Shown here: piece by piece, positions 59,580-64,000 of the stretch
Numbering within the stretch: the stretch's first letter is position 1
Layout: every line of letters starts with the position of its first letter
Assembly: GCA_036172245.1 (NCBI GenBank)
Contig: JAYWIR010000031.1
Span: 248,001-312,000 of the forward strand
DNA length: 64,000 nucleotides
Direction: 5' to 3'
Source: Raillietiella orientalis
Taxonomy: Eukaryota
The notes under the pieces: model-generated
What the model was told of the DNA's origin: nothing
Databases searched by the model: none
The model's input: the letters and a program-made list of their open reading frames with translations, nothing else
Program-made: the position numbers and the translations under genes

Positions 59580-62500
59580 ATCTAGGCGTAGAGGATGATT
59601 GCGAAATCAAAAGGGGGATGAGAGCGCCGTCGAAAGAGGGAAAGAGGAACCGAATCGATGCAGATCTCGAGCAGCATAGCCCACCCACTCCTTTGAACAC
59701 GACTGTTCTTCCTTCCCTCAGGCTCAGAGAGCATCAGAACTGCCTTCTGTGGAACCGCGAAGATCAAAGGCATTGGGAAGGAGGAGAGCCCAAAGGCACG
59801 CTGCCGGATATCTTGTCTAGATCTCAGGCGGAGACGCACTCGGTCATCGCCTGCCAGGACGATGACCGAGTGCTTCTGCAGGACGCTCCCTCTGCTCATG
59901 AACGAGATTCTGCGTCGGACCTTCTTGTCCTGAAACGTCGTAGTCATGACGCGTCTGAACTTATGAGGAGATGACCTTCCCATCTCTGCTGGATCTTCGA
60001 AAAGAGCGTCTCGAGAAAGAAGCAGCGCAGCAAACGAAAGCTGAGGGTTGGCGGAAACGACAGGACGAGACACACGCGTTTCCCTTCCCCTGGCAGCGCA
60101 ATCTCCGGACCGAGGGGTCCTGGTGCCACCTGTCGGAGACTGGCTGCGTGGACTGCGGAGAACGCCGCGCTGCCAGCGTACGGGAAGGGATCGGTTTGTC
60201 GAAAACGCGCATTGGGACGAGGTCAGCAGAGCAAGAAGGTCTTCGTCCGACTTGCTCTGCTGACCTAGGCAGCCTCGGCTGCGTGGATGGCAGAGCTCCA
60301 CCTCCGAAGGAAGGAGTTCTTCAGAAGGAGAGAGCGAACAGGGATTCTAGGACTTCTTTCGCGGAGGGATGGTTCGCAGGGCTTTACTCGGGAAAGGGAG
60401 AAGGGAATGGTGTCTCCGAGGATTCCCGGTTCAACTGTGTAGGACCAGGGTCTCGAGGCGGAGACGACGTTGGAGACGTACGCGAGCTCCTTTCGAGATT
60501 CCTGTTATTGCTGGGCGTTCTGCTGCAAAAGAGACCTGCGGATGTAATAGGCGAAGTCTTTCAGAGCCTCTTGACTCATCCCCTTTCCTGCTGAGTCACT
60601 GCAGGCCCACAAGGGATGAGAGGAGGGGGAAGTCAGGGCAGTCTGGGAAGAGGGGATCCTTGTGGGTGGGCGTGGCTTTGAGATCGTCATATGGCAACAC
60701 ACGGACCGCAGATGCTGCGGCAACTTAAGGCCAGCCGGACCCATCGCCAGCATTGTTGAAAGAAACCGTCAGGGGTGCTGGCAACCGACCTGAAACGCCG
60801 CGGACACGACTGCCTCTGGCCACACGAGACTCCTGCAGCGGTGGTTCGCCTCCGTCAGGCTTGATGCCCACCCGACGGCTGGTGCCTGATTCCCCCTATC
60901 AGTCAGGGACGAGCGGAAAAAAACTGACTGCGCCTGCATACCCGGAGGGATGCCAGAGGAGGCGTGTCGCCATGGGGCAGGCAGGAGAGAGGACTCTTCG
61001 ACTACGTCGTTTCCCAGGGGTCAGCAAATCCTGCTGGCTTCCTCCCAGGCAGCCGTTTGCATGCCTCCATGTGCGCGGCCTTTCTCGGCAGCCGGGGAGG
61101 TTTAGGTCGGTTGGATCAGTTGGTTCCCCCCCCCCCCCTCCCGTGGTTCGTCTGGAGTTGCGCTGGACGGCGGCCGGGAGAAGGCGCGCGCCGGCGCTGG
61201 AGCGCGGGTGGATACGGGAGGAAGAGAGAGCTCCCCTTCCTTCCCCCCCGCAAAGTTAGTGGCCATCGTCCTGCAGAATCATTCTCGCCAGGTCTTCTCT
61301 CGTAGCCTCCTGTCGCAGAGAGAGGCGGAAGGCAGAGCCCGTCTATCTTCTCCCCTCTCATCCGTTCCTTTTCCTCTCCCGTTTCCAGGCGAAGGTCGGA
61401 GGAGCAGCTCCTCGATCAAGCCCCCCTTCCTCCTCCCCTCGAGGACGTCATCTGCCTTCGCCATCTTCCATCGATCGTTCGTGCCCCGCCATGCTGCTGC
61501 CGCCGTTACTGCCGCTGGCCTTCCTCCTACGCTCCGCTACACGAGAGGGCAGTGGCGTTCCAATCGACTAGCCGCGGGCGCCCGTCTCATGACCGTGGAG
61601 GCGCAAGTTTGGAGGCGACATCATACCCGCGCACGCAGTCCCTTCCGTTGGGCAGGACTTCTTTTGGGCTGTAGGAGGAAAGAGGTGGAGGGGGAGGCTG
61701 GAACCTCGGAAGGGCGCAAGCGAGTCTAAAAGAGGAGGGTTTTACTCTCTGCCGCACTCATTACCACGAAGGGAAAAAAAAGGAGGGGACGCACCACACT
61801 CTTCAGAAAGCATTTTTAATTTTTTTTTTCGCCCATGAATTTCCTTACGACGGCACGACGCCGCCACACGTCTGACGCACTCTCTGTGTCGGGGCCGCAC
61901 TGGTCGTTGGCCACTCTGCGTGCTGAGAGAGACCTTCGCCCAGCACCAGCAAAGTGGCGGCAGCCTCTGCTCTGTGCTGATCCGGGGTGTGCTCCAAGCG
62001 CCCCTGATCAGCGCGCGAAAGCGGCGGGCCAGCTGGAGGCGGGGATCTCCCCTTGGAGGATACCCTGGGGGCACGGAATCTTCTCATGGGGTTCTTCTCC
62101 CCGTCGCACTGCCTTCTCCAGGAGACGGGGGGAAGAAGGAGGACGCGTGGTCCTCAAGAGTCCAGGGGTGTATCTCGCGTAAACCGCTGGGTGAGCTCGC
62201 GTGTGGGAGGCGCCCACTCGTTCACGGGAGAGACCGGCGGCCGTCGTCCCGTAGTCGCAGTGTGGCTCCCCTCGGTACCGCGTGGAACAGTTTGGCAGGG
62301 GAAAACGAAGCGCGCGCGTGCGCGCGAGGAATAGGTCCCGAGAGCCGCTCCAGAGATCGTGGCCCAAGGGGTTACTGAAAAGAGCAGCGACGCGCGCGCC
62401 TTCTCCGGGCATCCCTGCACGATACGCACGCCTTCTCCCGAGCACCCATGCTTGCCATCCCTCTGGAGAGCACGGAAAGGAAAGAAGGGGGGGATGCTGG

Positions 62501-63950
62501 AGCCCGATGGAGACGGAAGATGCACGCAATCTTCTAGCCTCCGGGCCGGTGGAACATCGGAGACATCGCGCGGTAGGGAGTGCGGATGGCACCGTGGGGA
62601 GTGGCGGAGGCGTGGTAAGACATCCGCCCGCCCGTGTCATGGCCTCTCAGCCACCTTCTTGGGAGGGGCTCCGAACGAACGCATCGCTCCTCCTCCATCC
62701 GACCGAGGTCCGCTCCGGACAAGTCGGCTCCACGGTCGGAGCCCGGGGTCCATGCTCTCCACGCCCGCGGGCGCCTCCCACCCTGGGTGCCGAATCTCTC
62801 GCAAGCTACGGAAGAGAAGGGTGAGAGGGAGAGCCCTTTCAGGGTGAGAGCGCATAGGTAAACGCCCCTCGCCCCAGACGGCAGCGATGGAGGGGCCGCT
62901 GCCGGGGCGAAGACCGTGGGCGGAGCTCGGACGCCTCCAGACGGACGAACGCTGAAAGCGCTCTCAGGGAGGCCGCGTCGCCGCGCCACGCGGATTGGGG
63001 AGCAGAACCTTCACCGAACCCTGTCCGAGCAGGGAGCGCAGGTCGCCGCGCGAGAGACTGCACATCTGGGGCAACATCTGTGCAGCGTCTGCACGGCTGC
63101 GCGGACAGGTGCAGCGCTCGAGAAACACCTCCTTTCTCGAGCGTCACCGTCGCTGCTGTTCCGCTGTTTCCGTCCCATGCGAGCGCATGCACATGAGACG
63201 GAAACAGCGGACCGCGCGCGCGCACAGTCTCCCCGCCCCACCGCCTCATCCCCCGCTTCCTTTCGCCACTTCCGCCACATTCGCGAGACGACTGTTCCGG
63301 GGAGCAGGGCAGAGAAAGAGGGACAGCGGGGGGAGGAAAGGAAGGGTGGGGGATGATGAGGCGGAGCACAGGAAGCGCGCGCGCAGTAGCGTTGTCGCGC
63401 CCCGAGGCTTGTTTCTTCCTCGCCGCCATATGCTCCCTGGATCCAGCATTTATGGCCGGCTCGCTGCTGCCGCGCAGTCCCTCTTGCCCGCTGAGCCCCG
63501 TCGACCACATTCCTCCTTCCCTTTTCCACCATTCCACCACCATCCTGGCTGCCACCTGCGCGGGACCAAAGGTTGGTCAGCTTCTGCTGGGAGACCTCGG
63601 GAAACCGAGAGCGTCGACTTCCCTCTGCCGGCCCGGATTCCAACCGACGACGTTTCCGTCACTTCCTGTCCTGGCTCCTGCTAAATCGCTCCGCACTTGG
63701 GTGGTCCTTGGCCTGCGTCGCCAACGAACCTCCAGGGAAGCTCTCGTATCCAAAGGCTTCCCCCTTCTCTCCCTTCCCCCCATTCTGCAGCTCGAAATCC
63801 ACTCCTTCAGAAAAATCCCCGACTCCAGCTCCTGTCTGCTCGCAGCCAGCCAGCCACGGATCGCACCGAGGCTTTCGAAACGAGTCAGGTGCGCACGATC
63901 CACATGAACGGAGGAGCATTCATTGCTGCTCTGCTCTCTCGAGGAATGCG
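59580..63950 (-). mobile_element. GC-rich BEL/Pao pol remnant (RT-RH-IN), likely continuing past the window end
   Basis: RT VHVDRAHL...ELESGIFLKEWISS (~YVDD...GGF.L.KW.SN); RH GARGVYLC; integrase FCRTMATNFAG (~G+DFAGP), EDLLALL...TNRSL, KHSVIVLAGDD. Confidence 0.65.
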
Positions 63951-64000
63951 TTCCGTTGGTTCTGCGTTTTCGCAACGTCAGGCGTTATGCTTATCGGTGG

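Noticed and set aside
1..64000. CRISPR arrays, operons, prophage or prokaryotic defence systems
   Set aside because: No regularly spaced repeat-spacer arrays and no dense prokaryote-like ORFs. A spliced gene, NUMTs and metazoan TEs show the DNA is eukaryotic.
1..64000. Species-level identification (nematode suspected from mt fragments and tttcag-type acceptors)
   Set aside because: Cannot be established without a database search of the nad1/12S fragments and the desaturase.

Overview
Eukaryotic (invertebrate animal) genomic DNA, not prokaryotic. I can support one intact gene: a 5-coding-exon acyl-CoA delta-9 (stearoyl-CoA-type) desaturase on the minus strand (45500->38413, 1080 nt, 359 aa, GT-AG introns, three His boxes). 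Most of the rest is a graveyard of heavily decayed, nested transposon fossils. These are several BEL/Pao LTR retrotransposon remnants, Ty3/Gypsy pol remnants, a LINE RT fragment with a 225-bp duplication, a hAT transposase, probable CMC/EnSpm and MULE remnants, and a piggyBac-like MITE. There are also at least three mitochondrial insertions (NUMTs): two diverged, oppositely oriented 12S rRNA pieces and a nad1 piece, plus possibly nad3. TE calls come from degraded motifs read by eye across frameshifts, so their boundaries are approximate. Most ORFs in the supplied track are spurious. I found no convincing novel multi-gene system. The best leads are (i) an unusual Gly at the desaturase tunnel-capping position, (ii) GC/CpG-rich blocks made of old BEL fossils, (iii) the paired 12S NUMTs and a duplication junction, and (iv) recurrent templated hairpins and homopolymer patches inside the fossils.
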